The position numbers and the translations under genes were made by a program. The notes beneath the pieces were generated by a model. It was not told the origin of the DNA and did not search any database. It was given only the letters and a program-made list of their open reading frames with translations. A stretch of 64,000 bases of DNA from Actinomycetota bacterium (GTDB lineage: Bacteria > Actinomycetota > Acidimicrobiia > Acidimicrobiales > JAJPHE01), in assembly GCA_027315345.1 (NCBI GenBank), contig DAHUYE010000098.1:1775-65774 (forward strand), written 5' to 3'. Below are positions 46,835 through 56,744 of the stretch, piece by piece. The first letter of the stretch is position 1, and each line of letters begins with the position of its first letter.

Positions 46835-48060
46835 CGGCCACCACCGGGGTCCGCCCCCGGCTCGGCCAGGTCCGGGACCTGATCGCCCGGCGTTCCCCGG
46901 CTCCGGCCCGGCCGGCTCCCCGGATGGCCCGGCCGCCGCTGTTTCTGGCCGTGCTTGGCCTCACCGCCACCCTGGATCTCATCGGGTTGGTGATGGTGCT
47001 GTCGGCTTCCTCGGTGGAGGCACTCAGCCAGCACCTGTCGTCCTGGTATTACTTCGAGCGCCAGGCCATGTGGGTCATCCTCGGCGCCGGCGTGATGGCC
47101 ATCACCCTCCGGGTGGACTACCACCGTTGGCGCCGCTACGCCGGAGTGGCCATGGCATTCTCGATGCTGTTGCTGCTGGCCGTGCTTGTCCCCCATGTCG
47201 GGGTCAACGTCGGCGGTTCCAGCCGCTGGCTCGGCTTCGGTCAGTTCCGCCTCCAACCCTCCGAGTTGGTCAAGCTGACCTTCGTCTTCTACGTGGCCGA
47301 CGTGCTGGCCCGCCGCCGGGAGCGCACCGGTGAGGTGCGCAGCGTCCTGCCGGCGGTGGGACTGGTGTTCGGCCCGGCCGCCCTGCTCATCTTCATCCAA
47401 CCCGACATGGGCACGACCATGGTGCTCACCGCCATCGCCTTCGGGGTCCTCTGGGCCGCCGGCCTGAGGCTGCGGACGCTGGCGAAGATGACCGCCCTGG
47501 GTATCAGCCTCGCCTTCCTGGCCGGCATGGCCGAGCCCTATCGCAAAGCCAGGCTCCTGTCCTTCCTCCATCCCTGGGCGGACCGGGCCACCAGTGGGTA
47601 CCAGGTGGTGCAGTCCATGGTCGGGCTGGCCTCCGGGGGCCTGATCGGCGTCGGCCTGGGCGCCAGCAAGGCCAAGTGGGGCTTCCTGCCCAACGCCTAC
47701 ACCGACTTCATCTTCTCGGTCATCGGTGAGGAGTTGGGCCTGTTGGGCAGTGTCACAGTGGTGCTCCTGTTCACCGCCTTCGCCGTGGTCGGCTTGCGCT
47801 GTTCCCGCCGGGCGCCGGACACCTTCGGGGGTCTGCTGGCCGTCGGGATCGTGGCCTGGATCACGGTGCAGGCCGTTCTCAACATCGGGGCCGTCATAGG
47901 TCTGCTGCCTGTCACCGGCGTGCCCCTGCCGTTGGTTTCCTTCGGCGGCTCCTCCCTGGTCATCCTCATGGCCGCCATCGGCGTGCTGCTCAACGTGGCC
48001 GCCCAGGGCCGTGCGTTCCCCGACGCCGGAAGTCCGGAGGCGTCGGGCCGCACCCGGTGA
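46831..48060 (+). CDS. ftsW: FtsW SEDS peptidoglycan polymerase
   Basis: GLVMVLSAS, QPSELVK, QPDMGT, TDFIFSVIGEELG, TGVPLPLVSFGGSS. Confidence 0.95.
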   Translation: MTATTGVRPRLGQVRDLIARRSPAPARPAPRMARPPLFLAVLGLTATLDLIGLVMVLSASSVEALSQHLSSWYYFERQAMWVILGAGVMAITLRVDYHRWRRYAGVAMAFSMLLLLAVLVPHVGVNVGGSSRWLGFGQFRLQPSELVKLTFVFYVADVLARRRERTGEVRSVLPAVGLVFGPAALLIFIQPDMGTTMVLTAIAFGVLWAAGLRLRTLAKMTALGISLAFLAGMAEPYRKARLLSFLHPWADRATSGYQVVQSMVGLASGGLIGVGLGASKAKWGFLPNAYTDFIFSVIGEELGLLGSVTVVLLFTAFAVVGLRCSRRAPDTFGGLLAVGIVAWITVQAVLNIGAVIGLLPVTGVPLPLVSFGGSSLVILMAAIGVLLNVAAQGRAFPDAGSPEASGRTR

Positions 48061-49178
48061 GTCGCCCCTTCGCGGTGGTGGCCGGCGGGGGGACGGCCGG
48101 ACACGCCGTGCCGGCCCTGGCTGTCGCCCAGGCCCTGGTGGAACGGGGCCACCGTCCCGAGTCCATCCACTTCGTGGGCTCGGCCCGGGGCATGGAGGCC
48201 AGGCTGGTGCCCGCCGCCGGCTTCCCCATCACCCTCCTGCCGGGCCGGGGTATCCCCCGGCGGCTCAGCCTCACCGCCGCGGCCGCCGCCGTGGGCCTGC
48301 TGGTGGCCGTGGTCCGGGCCATCGCCCTCCTGGGGGCTCACCGGCCCCGGGTGGTCCTGGCCGTCGGGGGCTATGCCAGCCTCCCCTGCGCCCTGGCCGC
48401 CGTGCTGCTTCGGGTGCCCCTGGTCCTCCAGGAGCAGAACTCCACCCCCGGCTCGTCCAACCGGTTGGTGGGCCGGTTCGCCCGGGCGGCGGCGGTGGCC
48501 TTCCCCGGGACCGATCTGCCCCGGGCGGTGGTCACCGGCCGGCCGGTCCCGGCCGAGATCGAGGCCGTCGACCGGGGGCCGGCCGCCCGTAGGGCGGCCC
48601 GGAGTGAACTCGGGCTGCCCCAGACCGGGATGGTCATCGGTGTCACCGGCGGCTCGCTGGGCGCCCTCAGCGTCAACCGGGCCGTGGTGGAACTGGCCGA
48701 TCGGTGGGCGGATCGCTCCGGACTGGCCGTGTACCACGTCATCGGCTCCAGGGACTTCGCAGACCTGCCCCGGCCCCGCCCGGGCCGGTTGGTCTACCGG
48801 CCGGTGGAGTACGAATCGAGGATGCCGCTTCTCCTTACCGCCGCCGACATCATGATCGGCCGTGCCGGGGGTTGGGTGGCCGAACTGGCCGCCGCCGGGG
48901 TGCCCTCCGTGTTGGTTCCGCTCCCCAACGCCCCCGGGGACCACCAGACGGGCAACGCCCGGGCCATGGAGACGGCCGGGGCGGCGGTGATGTTGGCCGA
49001 TGCCGAGTGCAGCGGTGCCACCCTGGACGCCACCCTGGAGCCGCTCCTCTCCGACCCGGCCCGCCTGGAGGCCATGGCCGCCGCCGCCCGCCACCTGGGT
49101 CGCCCCGGAGCGGCCGGCCGGGTGGCCGACCTGATGGTGGCCCAAGCCACCGGCGTCCCGGGTCGGGCTCAACCTTGA
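48057..49178 (+). CDS. murG: MurG
   Basis: GGGTAGH, GGYAS, EQN, GGSLGA, HQTGNA. Confidence 0.95.
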   Translation: MSRPFAVVAGGGTAGHAVPALAVAQALVERGHRPESIHFVGSARGMEARLVPAAGFPITLLPGRGIPRRLSLTAAAAAVGLLVAVVRAIALLGAHRPRVVLAVGGYASLPCALAAVLLRVPLVLQEQNSTPGSSNRLVGRFARAAAVAFPGTDLPRAVVTGRPVPAEIEAVDRGPAARRAARSELGLPQTGMVIGVTGGSLGALSVNRAVVELADRWADRSGLAVYHVIGSRDFADLPRPRPGRLVYRPVEYESRMPLLLTAADIMIGRAGGWVAELAAAGVPSVLVPLPNAPGDHQTGNARAMETAGAAVMLADAECSGATLDATLEPLLSDPARLEAMAAAARHLGRPGAAGRVADLMVAQATGVPGRAQP

Positions 49179-50560
49179 ACGGCCCGGACCACTCCGGCGT
49201 CGATCTGTCCCGGTCCCGCCGGGTCCACATCGTCGGCGTCGGCGGGGGGGCCATGGGCGCCATCGCCTCCGTGCTCCTGGCCGAAGGCCACCACGTTTCC
49301 GGCAGCGATCAGCAGGCCTCGGCCGGGACGGAGCGACTGGTCGGGTCGGGGGCCCGGATCGAGATCGGTCACCGGCCGGCCAACGTCGGTGATGCCGAGT
49401 TCCTGGCCATCTCCACGGCGGTGGCGGCCACCAACCCGGAGGTGGAGGAGGCCCGGCGCCGGGGTCTGCCGGTCTATTCCCGGGCCGAGATTCTCAGTGC
49501 CATCACCCGCCTGCGCCGGACGGTGGCGGTGGCGGGGACGCATGGCAAGACGACCACGTCCTCCATGCTGGCGGTCGTGCTGCGCCAGGCCGGATGGGAT
49601 CCGTCCTTCATCATCGGAGGCGACATCGCCGGCATCGGGTCCGGAGCCGCCTGGCGTCCGGGCGAATGGCTGGTGGTCGAGGCCGATGAGAGTGACGGCA
49701 CCTTCCTCGACCTGGAGGCCGAGGCGGTGGTGGTGACCAGCATCGAGGCGGACCACCTGGACCACTACGGGGACCTCGGCCATTTGCAGGCCGCCTTCGA
49801 CCGCTTCCTGGCCCGCGCCCCCGGCCCGCGGATCGTCTGCGAGGACGGGCCCCTGTCCGCCGCCGCCGCCGGGCGGGCCGGCGCCGTCACCTACGGGCTG
49901 GCCCCCTCGGCCCGGTACCGGGTGGAGGGCCTGACTCTGGGGCGATTCGATTCGTCCTCCCGGCTGGTCCGGGACGGCACCACCGTGGCCGAGCTGCGCC
50001 TGGCCGTCCCGGGGGCCCACAACGCCGCCAACGCCGCCGCTACCGCCGCCATGGCCGCCGAGTTGGGGATCGGCCGGGAGGCCATCGAAGCCGGTCTGGC
50101 CGGCTTCGTCGGGGTGGCCCGGCGGTTCCAGCGCCACGGGGAGCGGGACGGGGTCACCTACATCGATGACTACGCCCACAATCCGGGCAAGGTCCGCTCG
50201 GTGCTGGAGGCGGCTGCCGCCGGCGGGTGGGACCGGATCGTGTGCGTGTTCCAGCCCCACCGCTACAGCCGGACCTCGAGTCTGTGGGCCGACTTCGCCG
50301 ACGTGTTCGAACCGGCCGACGTGGTGGTCGTCACCGACGTCTATCCGGCGGGAGAGGCCCCCATCGAGGGCGTGACCGGCCGACTGGTGGCCGATGCCGT
50401 TCTGTCCGCCCACCCGTCCACCCGCCTGGACTACGTGAAGGACCGGGTCGAGCTGGCCGCCCATGTCCGCCGGCTCCTCCGCCCCGGGGATTTGTGCCTG
50501 ACCCTGGGGGCCGGGGACCTCAATCTGCTGGCCGCCGAGTTGGCGCAGGGCGGATCTTGA
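49175..50560 (+). CDS. murC: MurC
   Basis: HIVGVGG, GTHGKTTT, EADESDG, DHLDHY, DDYAHNP, FQPHRYSRT. TTGA-coupled start. Confidence 0.95.
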   Translation: MNGPDHSGVDLSRSRRVHIVGVGGGAMGAIASVLLAEGHHVSGSDQQASAGTERLVGSGARIEIGHRPANVGDAEFLAISTAVAATNPEVEEARRRGLPVYSRAEILSAITRLRRTVAVAGTHGKTTTSSMLAVVLRQAGWDPSFIIGGDIAGIGSGAAWRPGEWLVVEADESDGTFLDLEAEAVVVTSIEADHLDHYGDLGHLQAAFDRFLARAPGPRIVCEDGPLSAAAAGRAGAVTYGLAPSARYRVEGLTLGRFDSSSRLVRDGTTVAELRLAVPGAHNAANAAATAAMAAELGIGREAIEAGLAGFVGVARRFQRHGERDGVTYIDDYAHNPGKVRSVLEAAAAGGWDRIVCVFQPHRYSRTSSLWADFADVFEPADVVVVTDVYPAGEAPIEGVTGRLVADAVLSAHPSTRLDYVKDRVELAAHVRRLLRPGDLCLTLGAGDLNLLAAELAQGGS

Positions 50561-51525
50561 GCACGCCCGACCTGGACGCCGCCGCCGCTGTCCTGGGCGA
50601 CCGGGCCGAACGGGGCCATCCTTTGGGCGCCCTCACCACCTACCGGGTGGGAGGACCGGCCGCCCTCTATCTGGAGGCCCACAGCCGGGAGGATTTGGGG
50701 TTGGCCGCCGCGGCCGTGCGGGCCGGTTCGGTCCCGGTCCTGGTCCTGGGAAAGGGGTCGAACCTGTTGGTGGCCGACGCCGGCTTCCCCGGCCTGGTGG
50801 TGGTGCTGGGGGAGGAGTTCAGCGGGCTGGAGATAGCCGGGGGGACGGTGCGGGCCGGGGCGGGGGTGGCCCTGCCGGTTCTGGCCCGGCGCTCGGCCGC
50901 GGCCGGGCTGACCGGCCTGGAGTGGTGCGTCGGCGTGCCCGGCTCGGTCGGGGGCGGGGTGAGGATGAACGCCGGCGGCCACGGTTCGGACATGGCCCAC
51001 TGCCTCGCCGGCTGGGAGATGGTCGACCTGAGCGGCGGCCCGGACGGGCTCCGGAGCCCCGCCGACCTGGCCTACGGCTACCGCAGTTCGAGTGTCCTCG
51101 CCCATCAGGTGGTCGTCTCGGCTCACTTCGAGTTGACCCGGGGCGACCGGGCCCGATCCGAAGCGACCATCGCCGAGATCGTGCGGTGGCGCCGGGAGCA
51201 TCAGCCCGGGGGCCAGAACGCCGGCTCGGTCTTCGCCAACCCCGAGGGTGACTCGGCCGGCCGGCTCATCGAGGCGGCCGGGCTCAAGGGCCACCGCCTG
51301 GGTAGCGCGGCCGTGTCCGACAAGCACGCCAACTTCATCCAGGCCGACCCCGGGGGCTCGGCCGATGACGTCTGGAGCCTGATGCAGGAGGTGCGCCGGG
51401 AGGTCCGGCGCCTGACCGGTGTGGAGTTGCGCACCGAGGTCCGCCCCATCGGGTTCGGGACCGGTCAGCATGGGGGGTCGGACCAGGCGTCCTCGAGCAC
51501 CCAGGAGGGGGGAGCGTCCCGTTGA
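50557..51525 (+). CDS. murB: MurB
   Basis: TTYRVGGPA, GKGSNLL, PGSVGGGVRMNAG, YRSS, AGSVFANP, KHANF. Confidence 0.95.
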   Translation: MSTPDLDAAAAVLGDRAERGHPLGALTTYRVGGPAALYLEAHSREDLGLAAAAVRAGSVPVLVLGKGSNLLVADAGFPGLVVVLGEEFSGLEIAGGTVRAGAGVALPVLARRSAAAGLTGLEWCVGVPGSVGGGVRMNAGGHGSDMAHCLAGWEMVDLSGGPDGLRSPADLAYGYRSSSVLAHQVVVSAHFELTRGDRARSEATIAEIVRWRREHQPGGQNAGSVFANPEGDSAGRLIEAAGLKGHRLGSAAVSDKHANFIQADPGGSADDVWSLMQEVRREVRRLTGVELRTEVRPIGFGTGQHGGSDQASSSTQEGGASR

Positions 51526-52355
51526 CCACGACCATCAGCCGACCCCCTCGCTCCACCCGGCCCCCGACCGGCCCCAAGGCAGGAACCCCCCGCCCTCCCC
51601 GGATGGATCCGCGCATCCGCCAGCGGCGCACCGAAGTCCTCCGCCGGCAGGGCCGCCGCCGTCTCCGGGTGCTGATGAGCCTGGGGGCCGTGCTGGCCGC
51701 CGGTCTGCTGACGATGTTGGGGTTGCGCTCCCCCTGGCTGTCGGTGAGCACCATCCGGGTCACGGGTGAGTCGGGGGCCCGGGCCGCTCAGGTCGAGGGA
51801 GTGGCTTCGGTGGCCCTCCACCACCCCATGGTCAGCATCAATCTGGCCCTGGTGGTCTCCCGGGTCGAGGGCCTGCCGTGGGTGGCGGCGGTCCGGGCGG
51901 CGCGTTCGTGGCCCGCCACCTTGGACCTGGCCGTGACCGAGCGCGTGCCCGTGGCCCAGGTCCAAGGCAGCGGTGGGTGGGCCCAGATCGATCTCAGCGC
52001 CCGGGTGGTTTCGGTGCAGCCGGTCCAGGCGGCCGGTGAGCCGGTCATCCTCGGCTTCGGCTCGGTCGGGACTCTGCGGCCCGGGTCCAGGCTGGCTCCC
52101 GGGGCTGCCGCCGACCTGGCTGTGGCCGCCTCGGTGCCGTCCGACCTGCGGGCCCAGGTGGTCTCCATCGGCCCCGACTCAACGGGGGGGGTGGCCCTGG
52201 TCCTGACCGACGGGGCCAGGGCGGATCTGGGCCAGTCCACCGACCTGGCCGCCAAGATGTCGGCCCTGGAGACGGTGCTGGGAGAGGTCGACATGACCGG
52301 TGTCCGGTTGGTCGATCTCCGGGTCCCTGAGCAACCGGCCTTGACCAGGTCATGA
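51522..52355 (+). CDS. ftsQ: FtsQ/DivIB
   Basis: Basic N-terminus, TM, POTRA LPWV...WP..L.LAVTER.P, DLRVP..P. Confidence 0.88.
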   Translation: MTTTISRPPRSTRPPTGPKAGTPRPPRMDPRIRQRRTEVLRRQGRRRLRVLMSLGAVLAAGLLTMLGLRSPWLSVSTIRVTGESGARAAQVEGVASVALHHPMVSINLALVVSRVEGLPWVAAVRAARSWPATLDLAVTERVPVAQVQGSGGWAQIDLSARVVSVQPVQAAGEPVILGFGSVGTLRPGSRLAPGAAADLAVAASVPSDLRAQVVSIGPDSTGGVALVLTDGARADLGQSTDLAAKMSALETVLGEVDMTGVRLVDLRVPEQPALTRS

Positions 52356-52383
52356 CCACGTCCTACCGTTCTCGACGACTTCA

Positions 52384-52419
52384 TGAGGTTTACATAACTA
52401 TGAACCTCAGCTGGAGGTC
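52384..52419 (+). promoter_or_regulatory. ftsZ promoter dyad (FtsR/MerR-type site-like)
   Basis: AT-rich island TGAGGTTTACATAACTATGAACCTCAGCTGGAGGTC containing ACCTC-N5-GAGGT. Confidence 0.55.
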
Positions 52420-52451
52420 GAGAGTTTCCGCCCGATCGAAGGACCTTTGAC

Positions 52452-53528
52452 ATGCCGTCTGGATCGCAGAACTACATAGCCGTTATCAAGGTCGTCGGTA
52501 TCGGCGGGGGCGGCGTCAACGCCGTCAACCGCATGATCGATGCCGGCCTCAAGGGCGTGGAGTTCATCGCCGTCAACACCGACGCCCAGGCTCTGCTCAT
52601 GAGCGATGCCGACGTCAAACTCGACATCGGCCGGGCTCTGACCCGTGGCCTCGGAGCTGGCAGTGACCCCGAGATCGGCCGCCAGGCGGCCGAGGAGCAT
52701 CGGGATGAGATCGAGGAGGTCCTCAAGGGGGCCGACATGGTCTTCATCACCGCCGGTAAGGGCGGTGGCACCGGCACCGGCGGGGCGCCGGTGGTGGCCG
52801 AGATCGCCAAGGGTCTAGGGGCCCTCACCATCGGTGTGGTCACCCGGCCTTTCGCCTTCGAGGGCCGCCGGCGGGCCGTACAGGCCGACGCCGGGATTCA
52901 GCGCTTGAAGGAGAAGGTTGACACCCTCATCATCATCCCCAACGATCGGCTCCTGACCGTCTCCAATGACAAGACGTCGATGGTCAACGCCTTCAAGATG
53001 GCCGATGAGATACTGCTCCAGGGCGTCCAGGGCATAACCGATCTGATCACGACGCCTGGTCTCATCAACACCGACTTCGCCGACGTCAAGATGATCATGA
53101 GCAACGCCGGCACGGCCATCATGGGCATCGGCACCGCTTCGGGCGAGGGCCGGGCTGTCAACGCCGCCCGGGCCGCCATCACCAGCCCGCTGCTGGAGGC
53201 CTCCATCGAAGGGGCCCGGGGCATCCTGCTCAACATCGCCGGCGGCACCGATCTGGGTCTGTTCGAGGTCAACGAGGCGGCCGAGATCATCCACGGCGTC
53301 TCCCACCCGGATGCCAACATCATCTTCGGCAGCGTCATCGATGACGCCATGGGCGATGAGGTCCGGGTCACTGTCATTGCCGCCGGCTTCGAACGCTGGG
53401 AGGAGCGCCCCGACGGTCGCCGCCAGACGGCGGCGGGCGCATCGCTGGGTCTGGGAGGGTCCGGCTCCGAGGACGACGGCGAGGATCTCGGGGACGACGA
53501 CTTCGACGTTCCCTCCTTCCTCAAATAG
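52452..53528 (+). CDS. ftsZ: FtsZ
   Basis: [26 protein letters not shown]-terminal DVPSFLK. Confidence 0.98.
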   Translation: MPSGSQNYIAVIKVVGIGGGGVNAVNRMIDAGLKGVEFIAVNTDAQALLMSDADVKLDIGRALTRGLGAGSDPEIGRQAAEEHRDEIEEVLKGADMVFITAGKGGGTGTGGAPVVAEIAKGLGALTIGVVTRPFAFEGRRRAVQADAGIQRLKEKVDTLIIIPNDRLLTVSNDKTSMVNAFKMADEILLQGVQGITDLITTPGLINTDFADVKMIMSNAGTAIMGIGTASGEGRAVNAARAAITSPLLEASIEGARGILLNIAGGTDLGLFEVNEAAEIIHGVSHPDANIIFGSVIDDAMGDEVRVTVIAAGFERWEERPDGRRQTAAGASLGLGGSGSEDDGEDLGDDDFDVPSFLK

Positions 53529-54229
53529 CCCCGGGCCCCAACGGGTCCACCCCGGTACGGGGCGGGCCCGGCCTTCCTCTCAGCCTCCCCGGCGGGGCCC
53601 TGGCGTGCTGGACGGGCCGACCTCAGGGGGATCTGGGCCCGGGCGCGCCCGATGACCCCGGCCATCGGCGCCGGGCCGTCCTGGACCGGCCCTGGGCCTG
53701 GGTCCGCCAGGTCCACGGGGCGGATGTGGTGGTGGTCGGGACCGACGCGCTGGACGGTCCTCCCGCCGACGCCCTGGTGACCGCCTCGGGTGACTGCGCC
53801 CTGGCCGTCTTCACCGCCGACTGCGCACCGGTGGCCCTGGCCAGCCCGGAGGGACCCATCGGCGCTGTGCACGCCGGCTGGAAGGGCCTGCAGGCCGGGG
53901 TGGTGGGGGCGGCGGTGCGGGCCATGCGGCGCCTGGGCGCGGTTCAGATCAGCGCCGCCCTGGGACCCTGCATCCACCCCGAGTGCTACCAGTTCTCCCC
54001 GGCTGACCTGGCCGGGCTGGTCGACCTCCTGGGCGGGTCGGTGGCGGGTCGCACCTCACGGGGCGACCCGGCCCTGGATGTCCCGGCGGCGGTGAGGTCG
54101 GCCCTGGGCCAAGCCGGGGTCGAACTCGCCTATGACATGGACGTCTGCACGGCCTGCTCGCAACAGCACTGGTCCCACCGGCGCTCAGGCGACCGGTCGC
54201 GCCAGGCGATGCTGGTGTGGCGGACGTAG
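53525..54229 (+). CDS. pgeF: PgeF/YfiH (YlmD) peptidoglycan editing factor; start uncertain
   Basis: QVHG, ADAL, TADCAP, HAGWKG, GPCI..ECY, CT, SHR. Homology extends upstream of GTG 53726 without a canonical start. Confidence 0.82.
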   Translation: MAPGPNGSTPVRGGPGLPLSLPGGALACWTGRPQGDLGPGAPDDPGHRRRAVLDRPWAWVRQVHGADVVVVGTDALDGPPADALVTASGDCALAVFTADCAPVALASPEGPIGAVHAGWKGLQAGVVGAAVRAMRRLGAVQISAALGPCIHPECYQFSPADLAGLVDLLGGSVAGRTSRGDPALDVPAAVRSALGQAGVELAYDMDVCTACSQQHWSHRRSGDRSRQAMLVWRT

Positions 54230-54239
54230 GCGGTCGCAG

Positions 54240-54959
54240 ATGGAGACGCCCGGGGTGAACCCGGCCTCGGTGACGGCAGCGCTGGCGGTGGTGCGGGAGC
54301 GCATCCGCCGGGCCGGTGGGGATCCGCACGGCGTGACGGTGGTGGCCGTTACCAAGGGACACGGCCCGCAGGCGGTGGAGGCGGCCCGGGCCGCCGGGCT
54401 AAACGACATCGGGGAGAACTACGCCGCCGAGTTGCTGGCCAAGTCGGCGGCCCTCGAGGCGGCAGCACCGGCGGCTTCAGAACGGAGCCGTCCCGATCCC
54501 CGCTGGCACTTCATCGGCGCTATCCAGCGCAACAAGGTGGGGCGCCTGGCCCCGTTGGTGTCCCTGTGGCAGACGGTGGACCGGGTGGAGGAGGCCGACG
54601 CCCTGGCCCGGGCGGCGTCGGCCTCCGGGGGTCGGGCCCAGGTCCTGATCGAGGTCTGCCTGGAGCCGGGGGGCGACCGGGCCGGGTGCGCCCAGGGGGA
54701 TCTGGACGCCCTGGTCGAGCGGATCCGCGACACGGTCGACGTCCGGGGTCTCATGGGGGTCGGGCCGTCCGGTCCGCCCGAGGCGGCCCGGGCCGGATTC
54801 CGCTGGATGGGCGCGGCCGCCCGGCGGCTGGGGCTGGCCGAGTTGTCCATGGGGATGAGCCACGACCTGGAGGTGGCCGTCCAGGAGGGCTCCACCATGG
54901 TTCGCATCGGCACGGCGTTGTTCGGTCCGCGCTCCGGGGCTCCCGGCCTGGGACGATAG
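54240..54959 (+). CDS. yggS: PLP homeostasis protein YggS/YlmE
   Basis: VAVTK, GENYAAEL, WHFIGAIQRNK, LSMGMSHD, STMVRIGTALFG. Confidence 0.93.
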   Translation: METPGVNPASVTAALAVVRERIRRAGGDPHGVTVVAVTKGHGPQAVEAARAAGLNDIGENYAAELLAKSAALEAAAPAASERSRPDPRWHFIGAIQRNKVGRLAPLVSLWQTVDRVEEADALARAASASGGRAQVLIEVCLEPGGDRAGCAQGDLDALVERIRDTVDVRGLMGVGPSGPPEAARAGFRWMGAAARRLGLAELSMGMSHDLEVAVQEGSTMVRIGTALFGPRSGAPGLGR

Positions 54960-54980
54960 GCTCAACAGAGAAGGAGGAAC

Positions 54981-55520
54981 ATGGCTTCGTGGGCTCGTAA
55001 GACGATGGTCTACCTCGGCCTCGTCGATGACGACTACGAGGAGTACGACACCTATGAGGAGCCGGCGCCGGCTCCTCAGATGAGCGCGCCTCCGGTCGCC
55101 CCGACGCGCCCGGCTCCTCGCGTGTACGCCGCCGCACCCAATCAGGAGGGCGGCAGCATCCGCACCCTGCACGGCACCGAGGAGGCCTTGGCCATGCCGG
55201 CCCAGCCCCGTCCGTCGGTGGTGCGGCCCCTGGCCGTTCAACAGAGCGCCAAGGTCCACGTGGTCGTGCCGGGGCAGTTCTCCGACGCCACCGAGATCGG
55301 TGACCGCATGAAGGCCAGCCAGCCGGTGATCGTCAACCTCCAGGCGGCCGAGCGGGACCTGGCCCGCCGCATGATCGATTTCTGCAGCGGCGCCACCTAC
55401 GCCCTGGGCGGTTCGATGGACAAGGTGGCCGATCAGGTCTTCCTGCTCACGCCCTCCAACGTCGAGGTATCGGCGGAGGAGAAGCGCCGGCTACAGGAGC
55501 GGGGTCTCTACCGGGCCTGA
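54981..55520 (+). CDS. sepF: Cell division protein SepF
   Basis: KTMVYLGL, PVIVNL, RRMIDFCSG, VFLLTP. AAGGAGG RBS. Confidence 0.93.
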   Translation: MASWARKTMVYLGLVDDDYEEYDTYEEPAPAPQMSAPPVAPTRPAPRVYAAAPNQEGGSIRTLHGTEEALAMPAQPRPSVVRPLAVQQSAKVHVVVPGQFSDATEIGDRMKASQPVIVNLQAAERDLARRMIDFCSGATYALGGSMDKVADQVFLLTPSNVEVSAEEKRRLQERGLYRA

Positions 55521-55546
55521 CCCGGCGGAGCCCGCATGGTGCCAGC

Positions 55547-55798
55547 GTGCTGACCCTCGTCCACGACGCCCTGTGGCTTTACTTCATCGTCATGTTCGCC
55601 CGGGTCATCCTGTCGTGGTTCCCCATCACGCCCGGGACCACCATGGCCACCGTCAGCGGCTTCATCTACTCGGTGACCGAGCCGGTGCTGGGGCCGGTGC
55701 GAAAGGCCCTGCCCCCGCTCTCGGTGGGGAGCATGGGTTTCGATCTGTCACCCATCCTGGTCCTGGTGGCCATTCAGATCCTGGTCAGCCTGACCTAG
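55547..55798 (+). CDS. yggT: YggT/YlmG membrane protein
   Basis: ARVILSWFP, TEPVLGPVRK, FDLSP. Confidence 0.9.
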   Translation: MLTLVHDALWLYFIVMFARVILSWFPITPGTTMATVSGFIYSVTEPVLGPVRKALPPLSVGSMGFDLSPILVLVAIQILVSLT

Positions 55799-55897
55799 GG
55801 TCCGGAGGGGCCCGGCGCGGACCCGTACCCCGGTCCTGACCCTTCCGTGGCGCCTCGCCTACTATGCCCGGGTCCTCGGACCTCCTAGACCGGATGG

Positions 55898-56692
55898 GTG
55901 ATCCTGTTGCTCCTGCTTCTGACGATTGCGCTGGTTCTGGTCGGCGCTGTCGCCCTCATCATCGGATTCATCCAGGACTCCCTGGTTCCGATCTACATCT
56001 CCATCGGCTGCAGCCTGGTGGCGGCCGTGGTCCTGGTCGTGTTCTCCCGGGTCTCGCGCCGCCCGTCGGATCGTCTGGTCCAGCTGCCGGCCGAGGAGTC
56101 CGAGGCGGCCGAGCCCGTCTCGGCGCCCGCCACCGAGGCCATCACCATCCTCTCGGCTGAGGAGGTGGCCGCCGCCTCGGGCCAGACCGCCCAGGACGAG
56201 GACGCCTACGAAGAAGAAGAAGAGGAGGAGGAGGAGGAGGCCGTCCCGCTGAGGGCGGCCTCGACCCGGCGGGCGGCGCCTCGCAAGGCTGCCGCGAAGA
56301 GGGCTCCGGCCCGGACGGCGGCCAAGGCTTCCTCCACCCGCAAGTCGGCCCCGGCCAAGCGCACCGCTGCCCGTACCGCCCCCAAGGCCACAGGCCGGAC
56401 CGCCACCAAGGCCACAGGCCGGACCGCCACCAAGGCCGTCAGTCGGGCCGCCGCCGCCCCCAGGAAGGCGGCTGCCAAAGCGGCTCCGGCCAAGGCGGCC
56501 GGCGCCCGGAAGTCCGCCACCAAGGCCGGCGCCTCCCGGGTCGGCGCCGTCAAGAAGGCCGCCTCCCGGACTACGGTCAGCCGGGCCACCACCAAGCGGG
56601 CGGCCGCTCCCAAGAAGGCCGCCGCCACCAGGAAGGCGGCCACCAAGGCCACCGGCGCCCGCAAGGCCGCCGGCCGCACCGCCCGGCGCTAG
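55898..56692 (+). CDS. Two-TM protein with acidic linker and histone H1-like K/R/A/T-rich tail
   Basis: Two hydrophobic helices, E10 tract (56210-56239), ~150 aa of AAK/ATK/RKA repeats. Confidence 0.7.
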   Translation: MILLLLLLTIALVLVGAVALIIGFIQDSLVPIYISIGCSLVAAVVLVVFSRVSRRPSDRLVQLPAEESEAAEPVSAPATEAITILSAEEVAAASGQTAQDEDAYEEEEEEEEEEAVPLRAASTRRAAPRKAAAKRAPARTAAKASSTRKSAPAKRTAARTAPKATGRTATKATGRTATKAVSRAAAAPRKAAAKAAPAKAAGARKSATKAGASRVGAVKKAASRTTVSRATTKRAAAPKKAAATRKAATKATGARKAAGRTARR

Positions 56693-56744
56693 CCGGGCCA
56701 CCGCCACCGGCCCACCGCCCCGGACGGCGAGGGCGGTCTCGGCC

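Noticed and set aside
51522-52452. Absence of ftsA and ddl from the dcw cluster
   Set aside because: Normal for actinobacteria, where SepF replaces FtsA and ddl is usually elsewhere.
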